DNA of 64,000 nt, taken from assembly GCF_000738915.1 (NCBI RefSeq), contig NW_026515634.1, positions 723,156-787,155 on the forward strand, given 5' to 3'. Shown in pieces: positions 40,272 to 50,791 of the stretch (positions are counted from its first letter, which is position 1; every line of letters begins with the position of its first letter). This DNA is from Nematocida ausubeli (lineage: Eukaryota). Under the pieces are notes generated by a model. That model made no database searches, was not told the DNA's origin, and worked only from the letters and a program-made list of their open reading frames with translations. The translations under genes and the position numbers were made by a program.

Positions 40272-40367
40272 CTAAGCAAACAACTTTTATTTTTAGAAAA
40301 AATACTCTTGGCTTCTGCACTTATAATAAATTTGTTTTAAGTACTCTGTCATTTTTAAATACATTGC
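40272..40367 (+). repeat. 96-bp inverted repeat copy (partner at 31818-31913)
   Basis: Direct sequence comparison. Confidence 0.92.
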
Positions 40368-40753
40368 AGGAGTAAATTTGGACTATATAATAGGACAGTG
40401 GACGTAACTTTAGGAAAATATTGTTACAGTTGTTCTATTTTATTTCCTATTTAGCAGAAAGAAAGTTTTGCAGAAGTAGTAGGTTTACTACACTTCTTAA
40501 CAAATATTTGTAATAATATAACTCTCGGGGCTCTTTAAGCCATGGGCCTATAGATGGACCTGTTATTTTCTTAATACATGTTTATATAAAATTATCTAAG
40601 GTTGGTTTATTAACACCAATTTTAAATAACCCAATAAGCATTGGATTATTTGGCGCTGCAATTGCTAAAGTTTATATAGATCGAATAATATTCGCCTCTT
40701 AGGTGGCATGACTAGCTATTATAGTAGGTATAGACAATTTGGTACACGCCAAA

Positions 40754-42400
40754 TTAAAATATAAAGGATATTGTTCTGCCAGGAGAGAGAAACTCAACAA
40801 ATCTAGTGACAACCCTGCAGACATTAGAGTGACAAGCTGGCTCACTTATAACCACCTTAATATCAGATGTAAACCACAGCTCAATACAGGATCGCATAAC
40901 ATCTGGCATCTTTCCTTTTTCAGTATTAAATATTAGGCTGGGATATATTACTGCATCTGAATTGGCACTTTGTATTCTTGTCATCCTTAGTACTGAAGTA
41001 TATATATCTGTATTGTATCTTTGTATGCTTTCCTTCAAAGTAGTGCTTTCTATGCAAGCATACCATAAGGGATGGATAAGCGACAAGCTAATCATCTTAC
41101 CAAATACAATATTGTACTTTTTCATTTGCAGAGTGTTTTCTACTGCAAAGTCCAATGAATACATCCATCTACACTTAATTAATTCGTTCCTTATAAACCT
41201 GACTGCCTTTGGGCTTATTTCCATTTCATTGCATGCCCGGGATATATTCGAGACATTTGAAAATGACTCATCGCGTACCTCCCACAACATACTAAATAGG
41301 CTAAGCAGCGAATCTCTTGAGCTTTTTACACGGTTTATATTCGATTCCCCTTTATCTGTTAAATATATCATATGCAAAGAATTCACTATTGTTTCTATCA
41401 CCTTTAACAAAGTGTTTCTCTTGTGATTAATTAGCCCACCGGATAAAAAATACTCAAGACATATCATATTTAGTATGGATTTCTGGTTTATCTTTTTCGA
41501 CTCAATTTGTATTGAAGAAGACTCCTTGCATAGTTTAAGAAGGTGCGCGTATGTTTCAGCATACGAATTTTGGCTCTTGAATGCACTGAGAGAAAAGAAT
41601 GAGTTATGCACTAAGCTATCGATTCCAACACCCGCTGCATGCAGTATATCATTGGAATATACCACTGACAATGATCTTACAAGAGAAACATATTGGCCAA
41701 AATGCATTTCACTAATATGCGGCATTCTTACATGCAGATCGCGCGCCATCCCTTCTAAGGCTTTGCAATCCATCATTTTTTTCGGGTTAATTAAGAAGAA
41801 GTACTGTATTAGCTCAATTGCCACTGGTTTGTTTGCTTTGGACAAATACCAAATAGGCGAAGACTCCAAAGAAGCAAACTTATTATTCTCAGTGTAGTGC
41901 ATCTTAATTATCTCAAGAAACTGCCTGTCAATATTTTCCAAAATTGAGCATCCTATCTCAAATGTAAAAAACAGTTGGGAAAGAAGCATATCTATGCTGG
42001 ATATGTTATCTTCAATCTGCGATGCCCTTTTATCAATAGGAATTTTGTTACTTTTACTGCTAGAAATATCTGCTATTGATTTTATCAAGCTGGAAATTCT
42101 TTCTAAGTCTTTATTCATAGATTTCAGACTTTCTCTGCCAGGAGCAAGATCTATCTCTATTTCCTGCAGGATATTATGGACTTTTCTTTGATTTATTTCT
42201 TTTTTAATAAGCGCGCGAAACTTGTCTCTGCGCTCAAAAGTATCTTTCAACAATTTAACCTTTCTTTTCCAATAGTCAGCCGCCTGCTCAATATCTTCTT
42301 CCAAAATACGGCCAGAGACATAGACTGCACATAGAAGAAAGCTGCATAGAAATACCAAAGTAATCCTTTTTCTTAGTGACTTTTTCATCATAACCTCCAT
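40754..42400 (-). CDS. Hypothetical protein with N-terminal signal/anchor
   Basis: 548-aa ORF; basic N-terminus followed by hydrophobic ITLVFLCSFLLCAVYVSG. Confidence 0.75.
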   Translation of the reverse strand: MEVMMKKSLRKRITLVFLCSFLLCAVYVSGRILEEDIEQAADYWKRKVKLLKDTFERRDKFRALIKKEINQRKVHNILQEIEIDLAPGRESLKSMNKDLERISSLIKSIADISSSKSNKIPIDKRASQIEDNISSIDMLLSQLFFTFEIGCSILENIDRQFLEIIKMHYTENNKFASLESSPIWYLSKANKPVAIELIQYFFLINPKKMMDCKALEGMARDLHVRMPHISEMHFGQYVSLVRSLSVVYSNDILHAAGVGIDSLVHNSFFSLSAFKSQNSYAETYAHLLKLCKESSSIQIESKKINQKSILNMICLEYFLSGGLINHKRNTLLKVIETIVNSLHMIYLTDKGESNINRVKSSRDSLLSLFSMLWEVRDESFSNVSNISRACNEMEISPKAVRFIRNELIKCRWMYSLDFAVENTLQMKKYNIVFGKMISLSLIHPLWYACIESTTLKESIQRYNTDIYTSVLRMTRIQSANSDAVIYPSLIFNTEKGKMPDVMRSCIELWFTSDIKVVISEPACHSNVCRVVTRFVEFLSPGRTISFIF

Positions 42401-42755
42401 AAATAAAATATTTTCATTAAGAAAACGGACTATAGGTAAAAACAGCTATTTATTCTTATAACTTTAGAGATTACAGTAAGCCTAGTGCTTTCCCACCGCA
42501 CTTAGCCTATTTTATCTCTGTGCAGTATTTTTTTCATTTTTTATAGCAGGCCTTTATAACACATATGAATAGATTTATTAAGTGCATCCGTTTTGGGCTA
42601 TACTGGCCACAGCGCACAAAGAGTATGTCTAAACAAGAGACTGCGTTTTAAATATTATATTTGTAGATTACGCTTAATAGTTGCTAGGCAAACAAAGAAG
42701 CCTATACAGCCAAATCTAGCCAAAGTATGCACTATATCCTGCATAGATGAAACCA

Positions 42756-43640
42756 CTACTTCATTAGATCAATGTGCTTCATTTCTATCTGTGTGGACAA
42801 ATTAACAAACGCAATGTCTGTTGTAATTATCCATCCTTTAATAATAATTCTAAACGCCTTCTTTCCTGATCTATTCTCAGATCTAACAGTATATGTAGGC
42901 TTTTTCAGTATTGAATTCACAAAAGGATACTTTGATAGAACCAAAGGAAGTGACTGTATTGTGCTTACCTGCGTGTTTAGAATTGTATCAAGAATAAACA
43001 AGACTTCTTTCCCAGATAAGTAAAACTCGTCGCCGCTCTGTACAAAATTGCTTTCAAATCTTTCCAAAATATCCGTTGTTTTCATGTTCTTTGCAGAAAT
43101 ATACAGAGAGTACCCTGCCTTATGGCAGCATGGCTTATCACAGCCATTATACTTGTTTGTATGAAAGTAGTAGACAAGCTTGTCAGAGTATACATAGAAT
43201 GAAAATTTGCTTCCCTGCGTGTTTGCTCTTCTGTACTCAGAGAATAGCTCTGTAAGGCCTTGTCTCCAGCTAACAAAAATACTATTATAGACAGAACTGC
43301 TTTCTTTTTTAAACATATGTGACTCTGGCACTTGATAATACAAAAGGTTCTTTACTGTTTCTTCTAGCCTATTCTTAATCTCTTCATCTGCAGAGACCAC
43401 CCGGGTGTAATTATAAATATAATTTAAAGGTATTTCTGAAAGTATCTTTTGTTCTTTTTTATGAGTTTGGAGTGCTTTTAGTACGTCCGTCTCGTTGACC
43501 GCAGATACTTCCTCTGTCTTATCCAGGTCTTCTGTATTTTTGTCTGTACTTTCCTCGCACTCTTCAGCAAGCACGCCCTGGATGACTTTTTCTATTGTGG
43601 TCTCCTGCTGCTTTTTGCATTGAAAGGGGTTTTTCTTCAT
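42756..43640 (-). CDS. Hypothetical protein, DONSON-like
   Basis: LLYYQ, SWRQGLTELFSEY...FYVYSDKLVYYF, LPLVLSKYPF and IIIKGWII resemble DONSON conserved blocks in order. Confidence 0.5.
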   Translation of the reverse strand: MKKNPFQCKKQQETTIEKVIQGVLAEECEESTDKNTEDLDKTEEVSAVNETDVLKALQTHKKEQKILSEIPLNYIYNYTRVVSADEEIKNRLEETVKNLLYYQVPESHMFKKESSSVYNSIFVSWRQGLTELFSEYRRANTQGSKFSFYVYSDKLVYYFHTNKYNGCDKPCCHKAGYSLYISAKNMKTTDILERFESNFVQSGDEFYLSGKEVLFILDTILNTQVSTIQSLPLVLSKYPFVNSILKKPTYTVRSENRSGKKAFRIIIKGWIITTDIAFVNLSTQIEMKHIDLMK

Positions 43641-43658
43641 GAAAGTGCAAATTTTCTT

Positions 43659-44156
43659 ATGGATTCAAAGGAAAAGAAACAGACAAAGAGAAAACAAGCG
43701 CATCAAAATACATTTGCATTTAGGCATAATCCAAACTCATCACTGACCAAGGAAATTGCAGCAATAAAAATATCTGGGCTGTGCAGAAGATGCACTGACA
43801 AAATTGACTGGAGAAAGAAGTACAGAAAGTACAAAATTCAAACACATGTATCTAGATGCACAGTGTGCCTAGAAAAAAGCATAACAAAGGCATATAACAT
43901 AGTGTGTGAGCCCTGTGGAGAGGCTAAAACCATCTGCAGAATGTGCAAAGTGGTTCTTTGCTTTGAGACATGCGCACCACTAGAGCAAGTACTTGCAGCA
44001 CAAAAGAAAGAAAATACTGCAGCTCCAGAAAAGAATCCAGAAGAAGTAAAAACTGCGCCATCTGGTGTAACAGACGAACAAGATTTAGTATCAGAAGAAG
44101 CCTCAATAAGTGATGCATCCGGTTGTGCATTAAGTGAGGACTTAGTAGATGAATGA
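43659..44156 (+). CDS. DUF2039/C9orf85-like cysteine-rich protein
   Basis: QAHQNTFAFRHN, GLCRRCTDKIDWRKKYRKYK and several CxxC pairs; ATG at 43659. Confidence 0.8.
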   Translation: MDSKEKKQTKRKQAHQNTFAFRHNPNSSLTKEIAAIKISGLCRRCTDKIDWRKKYRKYKIQTHVSRCTVCLEKSITKAYNIVCEPCGEAKTICRMCKVVLCFETCAPLEQVLAAQKKENTAAPEKNPEEVKTAPSGVTDEQDLVSEEASISDASGCALSEDLVDE

Positions 44157-44803
44157 ATAAAGACTTACTAGATAATATACCAGTGCCACAGCAGGAGAAC
44201 AGAAGTTAGTTGCAGAAGACTAAGCTTATTAAAGAATCTATTTTAAGTGGGGAATCGTGCTATGGTATATTTAGAGTAGAATATTTGGATAGAATTAATT
44301 TCCACTAGAAATAAGCTATCTAGAAGGTTCTTTATAATAAGGTGCATAGAAGGAGTATTCAGGCTGTATTATATACAATAATCCACTATATGCATAATTA
44401 TGACTTTTTCTATTTATTTATCGCAGCAAAGTAATTTTTAGTGCACTCTTTGTTGCATGACACCCAAAGGGTGCTTCTTGCAGAGTGCACAGCCTAAATA
44501 ATCCTATAAAATACTCCATTAAAGAGCCACAACAATCGTATATCTATTCTATCAAGAAATAATATCTTATGATACATAACAGGATATGCAGTTGAATGAT
44601 TTAATTAAATCTAGTATACAACAATAGTAGAATGGTAAGACTAAATATCAGAGTAAAAATTAGATGGCCTTTTAATAACCCACTAATTCTTACATAGTCT
44701 AAATTCTACCATGCACACGGCAATTATGCCTTCTACTTCTGGCCTGCACACCAGATACTAGATCTACAATATATCCGGAGCTTGCACAAAATACTTACAT
44801 ATT

Positions 44804-45649
44804 TTACTCTACATTGCGCGTGCCGTCTGTGTTAATTGCCACCCTGCTGCTTGTAACAGACTTGGACATGCGCATGGGTGGCCAGTATTCGGAGTATCCG
44901 AATTCGTGCGCATCCTCTGGCTCTTGGCACAAAAGAAACCCCTTAATTCCGCCGAGTGAATTTCTTATGTTGTGCAGTGTGCCCTTGTCGTACGGGTTAT
45001 GTGGCACAACCACCCCAAGTCTTTTCAAAATTCTTATCTGCAAGGACTCTAAATACGTTATATTTCGAGCTAGAAGCCTTAGCTGCCGTATGAGAATCAA
45101 TAATACCCCGCACGATATAAGCGTAAGCAAGCATATATTCAGCCCAATCATGCAGATCTTTGTGCTTACAGAAAAAGGGTCCTGCAAAACCTGCACTTTC
45201 TTATGGAATGCGTACCCATGGAGACCTAAGCACAAAACAGAACTCAGAAATATGCAGGTTATGAGCTTAATGAAGTTTCCCAAGTTATTTGCATTCACGC
45301 AAGAGCCAACCCAAGGACAGTGGTGGTCCATTCTGTTAATGCATGTTTTGCATCTTGAGCAGTGGTGGGCTCTTTCAGGCTTAGCCTTCTTGCAGTCATA
45401 GCAGAATTTCCCACCCGGCACATACTCCTCTGTCTCCACATACCCTCTCGTTGTGCTCACATAAATTAGCAAAAATATGTCAAGAAATACCATTGCATTT
45501 AAAAACACCAGACCCATGCGAGTAACTGGGCTGTCCCTTAGTTCATCCCACAGTAAAAAAGGCCCAGATATTGCCCCCATATACGTAATCAGGCCGTATG
45601 TTAGGCAGAGACCAATTTTGTCTGTGGTACCTCTCTTTCTGAAATACAT
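44804..45649 (-). CDS. DHHC palmitoyltransferase
   Basis: CYDCKKAKPERAHHCSRCKTCINRMDHHCPWVGSCV, four transmembrane segments, NPYDKG. Confidence 0.95.
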   Translation of the reverse strand: MYFRKRGTTDKIGLCLTYGLITYMGAISGPFLLWDELRDSPVTRMGLVFLNAMVFLDIFLLIYVSTTRGYVETEEYVPGGKFCYDCKKAKPERAHHCSRCKTCINRMDHHCPWVGSCVNANNLGNFIKLITCIFLSSVLCLGLHGYAFHKKVQVLQDPFSVSTKICMIGLNICLLTLISCGVLLILIRQLRLLARNITYLESLQIRILKRLGVVVPHNPYDKGTLHNIRNSLGGIKGFLLCQEPEDAHEFGYSEYWPPMRMSKSVTSSRVAINTDGTRNVE

Positions 45650-45674
45650 TTTAAACAAAGAAAACAATTATTTA

Positions 45675-46412
45675 TTATGAACAATTCCATCCTTCTGGGT
45701 CTATAATGAGTTCGAGTCCTTTTGCATTCTTCTTGTTTTTGTATCTTTCTGCTCTTTTATATTGTTTGTATTCCTTTTGGTCCTGTGTGCGAATTTCCTT
45801 TCCGTAGTGCGTGTGTATCTTTTTTTCTGTATATTTGAAGTTTTTGCTGAGATTTAGCTCAATCTTGCCGTCTGTCTCAGTGTACGACACTTTACTTATT
45901 GTGTGGTATCCGCATGACTTGCAGAAGTCTTGCTTCACATCTGTCTTATATATGCGTGTGCACGTGTAGCACCGTTGCAAATACTTTTTATTGTTTTCCT
46001 TGAAGGAGTCGTGCAACTGCAGGCCTAAGTGCGTCACAAGATTCTTCAGTGCAATATCCAGTGTTACCACGACTACTTCTGTTGTGGAGTCAAGGGTATC
46101 CTGCCCAAGCCAAGAAGAGAAAATAGACGTGTACTCATTTGAGACTTCCAGGGCCAGGGCAGCCAGCTCTATATCCTGCGCACTTAGTCCAGTATATCCC
46201 AGTTCTGCTGCTTTGTCAGCTGCTATTTTTATTGACTCTTCTGTTGGATTTCTTATTTCTAGCTTGCACATATGCAGGGACAGAAGCTTTGAACTATCTT
46301 GGCACTTTATTTCGTCTGCAATCACTTGTGGTAGGTAGCCTTTTGTGTACCCCATCTCAGAGAGTGTTAAAGAGATAACTGCAGAGGCGTCTACAATAAG
46401 AACTGTTGGCAT
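45675..46412 (-). CDS. NOB1: 20S pre-rRNA D-site endonuclease Nob1
   Basis: PIN domain (LIVDASAVI, LSAQDIELAALALE) plus zinc ribbon RCYTC...FCKSCG. Confidence 0.92.
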   Translation of the reverse strand: MPTVLIVDASAVISLTLSEMGYTKGYLPQVIADEIKCQDSSKLLSLHMCKLEIRNPTEESIKIAADKAAELGYTGLSAQDIELAALALEVSNEYTSIFSSWLGQDTLDSTTEVVVVTLDIALKNLVTHLGLQLHDSFKENNKKYLQRCYTCTRIYKTDVKQDFCKSCGYHTISKVSYTETDGKIELNLSKNFKYTEKKIHTHYGKEIRTQDQKEYKQYKRAERYKNKKNAKGLELIIDPEGWNCS

Positions 46413-46748
46413 AAAATTAGTGCAAATTTTTAGAGTGAATTAGCTGCAGGAAAACCGGCATAAATATGCAGTCTACAACGAACAGCAGATGCCCAATGGA
46501 ATAAAGAAATTTAAACAGAGAATTCAGAAAGTATCATAGACTGAATAATTCCTGAATAACCCAAACCAAATTACAACATATCTAAAGTGCACTATTATTT
46601 ATTGTCTGTTAAGACTCTTTGTGTCCTAATTATTCATGGCACACTACGTCTGTGCAACTTAAATTCTTTTGAATTCTTAAATTCTTGAATTATTTCTTTG
46701 CGTGTGCTGCACTAAAATAAGCATAGTTTATTTTCTGACTATTTCTAT

Positions 46749-49277
46749 TTAGGCAATTTCTTTTTTGTTCTTGCATATGAGCAAGGTGCGCTGGAATAAT
46801 TCCTGTATCCTTTTTACTGATCCTGCCTGGTGCTTCTTGAATATTGCACAGATCTTCTCCTGAAGAATTGATAGAATTTCTTCTTTTAGCTGAGAATTTG
46901 CTGGGTGCTCTAAGTGCCACAGCACTCTATCCACTTGGCACTTTATATACAGCCGGATATTCTTCTCTTTATTTGGGTTATTTTTGCAGATAAGGTCCTT
47001 TATGTGCTTTACATTTAAGCTATTCGCGATTTTTCTTATGATCAGTCTCTTGCTGTGCCCCATTCTCACTCCACTTGCAGGCAACCAGACCATTTTAGTG
47101 AAAAGTGACTTTGTGTCAAACTGCATGCCGCACCATGTAAAGTGCTCCTTGTACTGGATTTGCACTTTCCCTGCAACTACAATATTCTTCATGCCTACCT
47201 CAGGCGAAGACACAAACATTTTGCACTTGTCTTTGTTTAGCTTAATCCCGGTCTCTTCAAGATTCTTCATTCTCGCGAAGACTTCTTCAATTTCCTTGAG
47301 AGACCACGACAGCACAAGAGAATCATCCACGTACCTGACTATTTCTGTTTCGCAAAGACCCTCCATCAGATATGGATCATTTGCTGCCATTGCATACCCG
47401 CATATGTGGGATGAAAATCTGCTGCCTTGGTATATCCCTTCCTTTCTTCTGTACTCCTGCCCATTATGGAGCACCTTTGCTCCTTCAACATCTTTTCGGA
47501 TTGCCTCAAGAATTTCTTCCTGGGAGAAAGCATCTCTATACGAGTGAGAGATGAATCTAATGCAGTGCCCCTTGTGCTCCATTGCAGATTCATTTGGGTA
47601 CAAAACTTGCTTTTTCGCTATGCTAAGGCCAGTTTTGTCTATTTCATTCCACCAGTGGACTGCGTATTCTGCATGGCCTGGAATTTTTCTTAAAAGACCG
47701 TTACCCACAGGGAGAGTGTCAAAGCACTTTTTCACATCAAGGAGCAAGATAAATAGCGGCCTATTCTGTGCAAAACATGCAGAGAACTTCTTTCTGAATG
47801 CATCAATCCTGGGAAATACGTCAGTCACCCGGAATATCGAATTATATGTTCTTATCCTAGGGACACTTCCCTTTTTCTCCACCTCCCAGGCACTTCTTTC
47901 AACAGCCTCTCTGGATAGAATGTGGCACATCATTTTTTCTCGCCTCGCTGTCTCTGCGCACAGCGAAAATCCATTTCTCTGAATCTTCATGAAAGATGCC
48001 CGGAAAGAGTCTTTTTTCGGGATAAGGTGCATCCTAAAGGTAGATGCATCTTGGCTCTGTTCATTTTCCTTATGAAAATACTCTTGAAGGTGCGCCTCTT
48101 TAAAGGCGTTTGAGCATGCAATATATTCTGTCCGTAGGAAGTATCTGGGGATTGTCTGCAGTCCTTTTGAGCACCGGAAGTGCAGGGAGAAAAGAGAAGG
48201 CATATACTTCAAGAATATGTAGTTATAAATCTCTGTGATAAATTTCCTATAAAGCAGCGGGTTATCCACTCTCCCTTTGCTAGTTCTAAGGCCTGTAAGG
48301 ATCTCGTGCTTTGGTATTCTTGCAGTGCCTGCCTGCAGAAGAAATCTAATTTTCTTTTTAATCCTGGGCATCCACTGGGCAGGAATAATTCCCGTGAGAA
48401 TCTTCCGAATGGCCATATGCAGGAAGCGAATAACTGTCTCCTGGCTTATTTCGTACTCCAAGAGTGATGCTTTTTCAGTGTTTGACTCTGGTCTTTTTTC
48501 TGTTTCTGCTAGTCTCAGTGGCTCTGCAGCAGATGAACTCATCTCTATATCTGAGACATCTATATCTGAGAATTCTATGCTAGACAGTTCTCTTGAACTT
48601 TGCACAGAATTAAGTTTCTTCCCATTACACCCAGGAGTAGATATAAACTCTTCACAGACACTTTCCACAGGATTACTGCATGTTTTCCTGTGGTTTTTGC
48701 GCATTACACTTTCCTTCTTTGACTTTGCCAAAATTGCAGCCATTCTGTGCGTATTTTGTCTTTTTATCCTCTCTAGTAGAGACTTAATTTCTGCTGAAAA
48801 TTCACTATGTACTTCCAAGCTAAAAATATCCGAGGCATCTACGGTCTTAAGGTCCCTTGCATCCCCAGGCCTCCATAAAACACTTTTCTCTTTTAGCTTC
48901 ATTTCTTTCCTGCTGACAGGCAGAGGGTCATTTGCGAAGTACAAAGTAAAGACACTTTCCTGTCTGTCAAGCACAGTGTATTTCTTGAACAAAGAAATAA
49001 TTCCTTTCTTCCCTATTTCTGAATATAAATTCACCCATCGCTGCGTGCTTAGATGAAAATGGAAAGGCGAGTACTTTGTGACACGCGTGCATCCTTTACT
49101 TTTGACGATATCATCCAGGATTTGTCTAATTTGGTATCTATCTGTAGAAGGACTTGTTTGAATTTCTTCGTACTCTGACGTGTGGCTGTAGACATATATT
49201 GACGTATCTGAGATTCTGCTGGATATTTCCTCAGGAAGAACTTTCTGAATTGGGTAGAAGGGCAGCCAGAAGTGCAT
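46749..49277 (-). CDS. TERT: Telomerase reverse transcriptase (~842 aa)
   Basis: T-motif-like RYFLR, motif 1/2 HLIPKKDSFR, A LLDVKKCFDTL, B' GIYQGS, C RYVDDSL, D GIKLNKDK, E TWCGM. No endonuclease, RNase H or integrase domain. ATG at 49277 is preceded by CCCC. Confidence 0.88.
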   Translation of the reverse strand: MHFWLPFYPIQKVLPEEISSRISDTSIYVYSHTSEYEEIQTSPSTDRYQIRQILDDIVKSKGCTRVTKYSPFHFHLSTQRWVNLYSEIGKKGIISLFKKYTVLDRQESVFTLYFANDPLPVSRKEMKLKEKSVLWRPGDARDLKTVDASDIFSLEVHSEFSAEIKSLLERIKRQNTHRMAAILAKSKKESVMRKNHRKTCSNPVESVCEEFISTPGCNGKKLNSVQSSRELSSIEFSDIDVSDIEMSSSAAEPLRLAETEKRPESNTEKASLLEYEISQETVIRFLHMAIRKILTGIIPAQWMPRIKKKIRFLLQAGTARIPKHEILTGLRTSKGRVDNPLLYRKFITEIYNYIFLKYMPSLFSLHFRCSKGLQTIPRYFLRTEYIACSNAFKEAHLQEYFHKENEQSQDASTFRMHLIPKKDSFRASFMKIQRNGFSLCAETARREKMMCHILSREAVERSAWEVEKKGSVPRIRTYNSIFRVTDVFPRIDAFRKKFSACFAQNRPLFILLLDVKKCFDTLPVGNGLLRKIPGHAEYAVHWWNEIDKTGLSIAKKQVLYPNESAMEHKGHCIRFISHSYRDAFSQEEILEAIRKDVEGAKVLHNGQEYRRKEGIYQGSRFSSHICGYAMAANDPYLMEGLCETEIVRYVDDSLVLSWSLKEIEEVFARMKNLEETGIKLNKDKCKMFVSSPEVGMKNIVVAGKVQIQYKEHFTWCGMQFDTKSLFTKMVWLPASGVRMGHSKRLIIRKIANSLNVKHIKDLICKNNPNKEKNIRLYIKCQVDRVLWHLEHPANSQLKEEILSILQEKICAIFKKHQAGSVKRIQELFQRTLLICKNKKEIA

Positions 49278-49304
49278 GGGGTGTTTTTTAAAAAGAGCAA
49301 AAAA

Positions 49305-49386
49305 CGACACAGATGGGAATCGAACCCACGAACCCAAAGGGTCACGGCTTAGCAAGCCGTCGCAATAACCATTCTGCCACTGTGCC
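49305..49386 (-). tRNA. tRNA-Ser (anticodon GCT), 82 nt, long variable arm
   Basis: GGCACAG/CTGTGTC acceptor stem, TGGCAGAATGG D-arm, ACGGC-TTGCTAA-GCCGT anticodon arm, GGTTCGATTCC T-loop, discriminator G, then a T6 terminator. Confidence 0.96.
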
Positions 49387-49705
49387 CCTGATAACCCTAA
49401 TGCGCCTGTCTACTGGAAGGGCATAGAATGCCTGCTCAAAGTTCAGTGTCTTGTAGTGTGGGGTGCTGTCTTTTATGCTGTGCTTCAGGTGGGTGCATTG
49501 CAGGATGTGCACTTTTTTGTGCTGAGTGAAATTATTTCGGATATTTTTGGTGTTCATGAATTTATTGCCGTGCAGATAGAGACTATCCATATATGTACTT
49601 GCAGTGGGATGAAAATGCACTATTATTACACGGGAATTGCTATTTCCTTATACGGCTAATTAGGTGCTAATTTGTATTTTTATTTTCGTGCAGGCGTATT
49701 GCAGG

Positions 49706-50791
49706 ATGTGCATAAATCAAGATATTTTGCTGGGAAGTCTTCAGGCGTATTTAAGCCTTTCTTTGGATCTAGCGAAAAGTCTTTTCAAGAGCCAGGAATA
49801 TTCCGAGGAAGAGACAAATTGGCTTAAAATAAACTTGAATGGAATAATTCACAGGGGAAAGTTTAAAACGATACTGCAAATGGTCAATGGAAAGGGGGGA
49901 GGTGAGGAGTGGGTTAGAAAAATGGTGTCCCAAGGAGTAACTGAATCCATTGCTGTTTTCAGAATATTTAAGAGCCTAATGCTGGCATATCCCGAGAGAA
50001 ATGAGTTTTATTCAGAAGTATTGCAGGAGTGCATGGCTGCAAGAGAAAAATACTTTTATGCAAACACCAATGCACTTATATCTCTTATCCAGGCTGTAGA
50101 GTGCACGTCCTCAGATTGCAAATTGAAAAACCACTTTATTTCAGGATACTCAAAGGATGCAAGATATTACGGACTGTACACTTTAGAAGAAATATATGAG
50201 AGAATAGGATACGAAGGAATATTTTGGTTTGTGTCAAAGAATCATAAGGCAATGAGTCAAAGGCTCTTGCGCAGCCTAATATTCCATTGGAACACTCTCT
50301 TGGAAAATGACATTTTCATTGAGAATAACTTACCGTGCAGCCATCTCTTTGACCACAGCTATTCTTACAGGATGAGTGTACGGGACCACAGGATCAACGC
50401 AAATGAAGTCATCTACGAATATTCAAATCTCAGGGACAATTTCATAATGTACTTGGAAAACACGCAGGAGCCTCCAGTTTACAAGGAAATGTTCTATGAG
50501 ACGCAGTATGAAGCAGAGCGAAAAGTAAAAAGAGTTCCAAAGATAATGATAAAAAGAAAGATAAAGGAATTACTCCGGGGAAAAAGAAAGAATTACACTA
50601 TGCTTGCTGTGATTATTGTGATATTAATTGTATTTCTACTTGACATAGCGTATACAGAACTGTACAAGGCTATTCCTATAGCTATTTATCGCATCCTGCA
50701 ACTTGCACTCTACATAACACTGAGGCTATCAACCGTTGCGCAGAGATTAGAGAAAGAAGTGTCTACAGCGGGTGTTTACATGCTGATCTAG
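49706..50791 (+). CDS. Hypothetical protein with C-terminal transmembrane segment(s)
   Basis: Long ORF; hydrophobic MLAVIIVILIVFLL after a basic stretch. Confidence 0.75.
   Translation: MCINQDILLGSLQAYLSLSLDLAKSLFKSQEYSEEETNWLKINLNGIIHRGKFKTILQMVNGKGGGEEWVRKMVSQGVTESIAVFRIFKSLMLAYPERNEFYSEVLQECMAAREKYFYANTNALISLIQAVECTSSDCKLKNHFISGYSKDARYYGLYTLEEIYERIGYEGIFWFVSKNHKAMSQRLLRSLIFHWNTLLENDIFIENNLPCSHLFDHSYSYRMSVRDHRINANEVIYEYSNLRDNFIMYLENTQEPPVYKEMFYETQYEAERKVKRVPKIMIKRKIKELLRGKRKNYTMLAVIIVILIVFLLDIAYTELYKAIPIAIYRILQLALYITLRLSTVAQRLEKEVSTAGVYMLI

Noticed and set aside
46749..49355. Retrotransposon or group II intron RT; also the N-terminal extension to 49355
   Set aside because: Motif spacing and the WCG motif E fit TERT, and no endonuclease or integrase is present. 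The extension starts at a non-ATG codon inside the tRNA.
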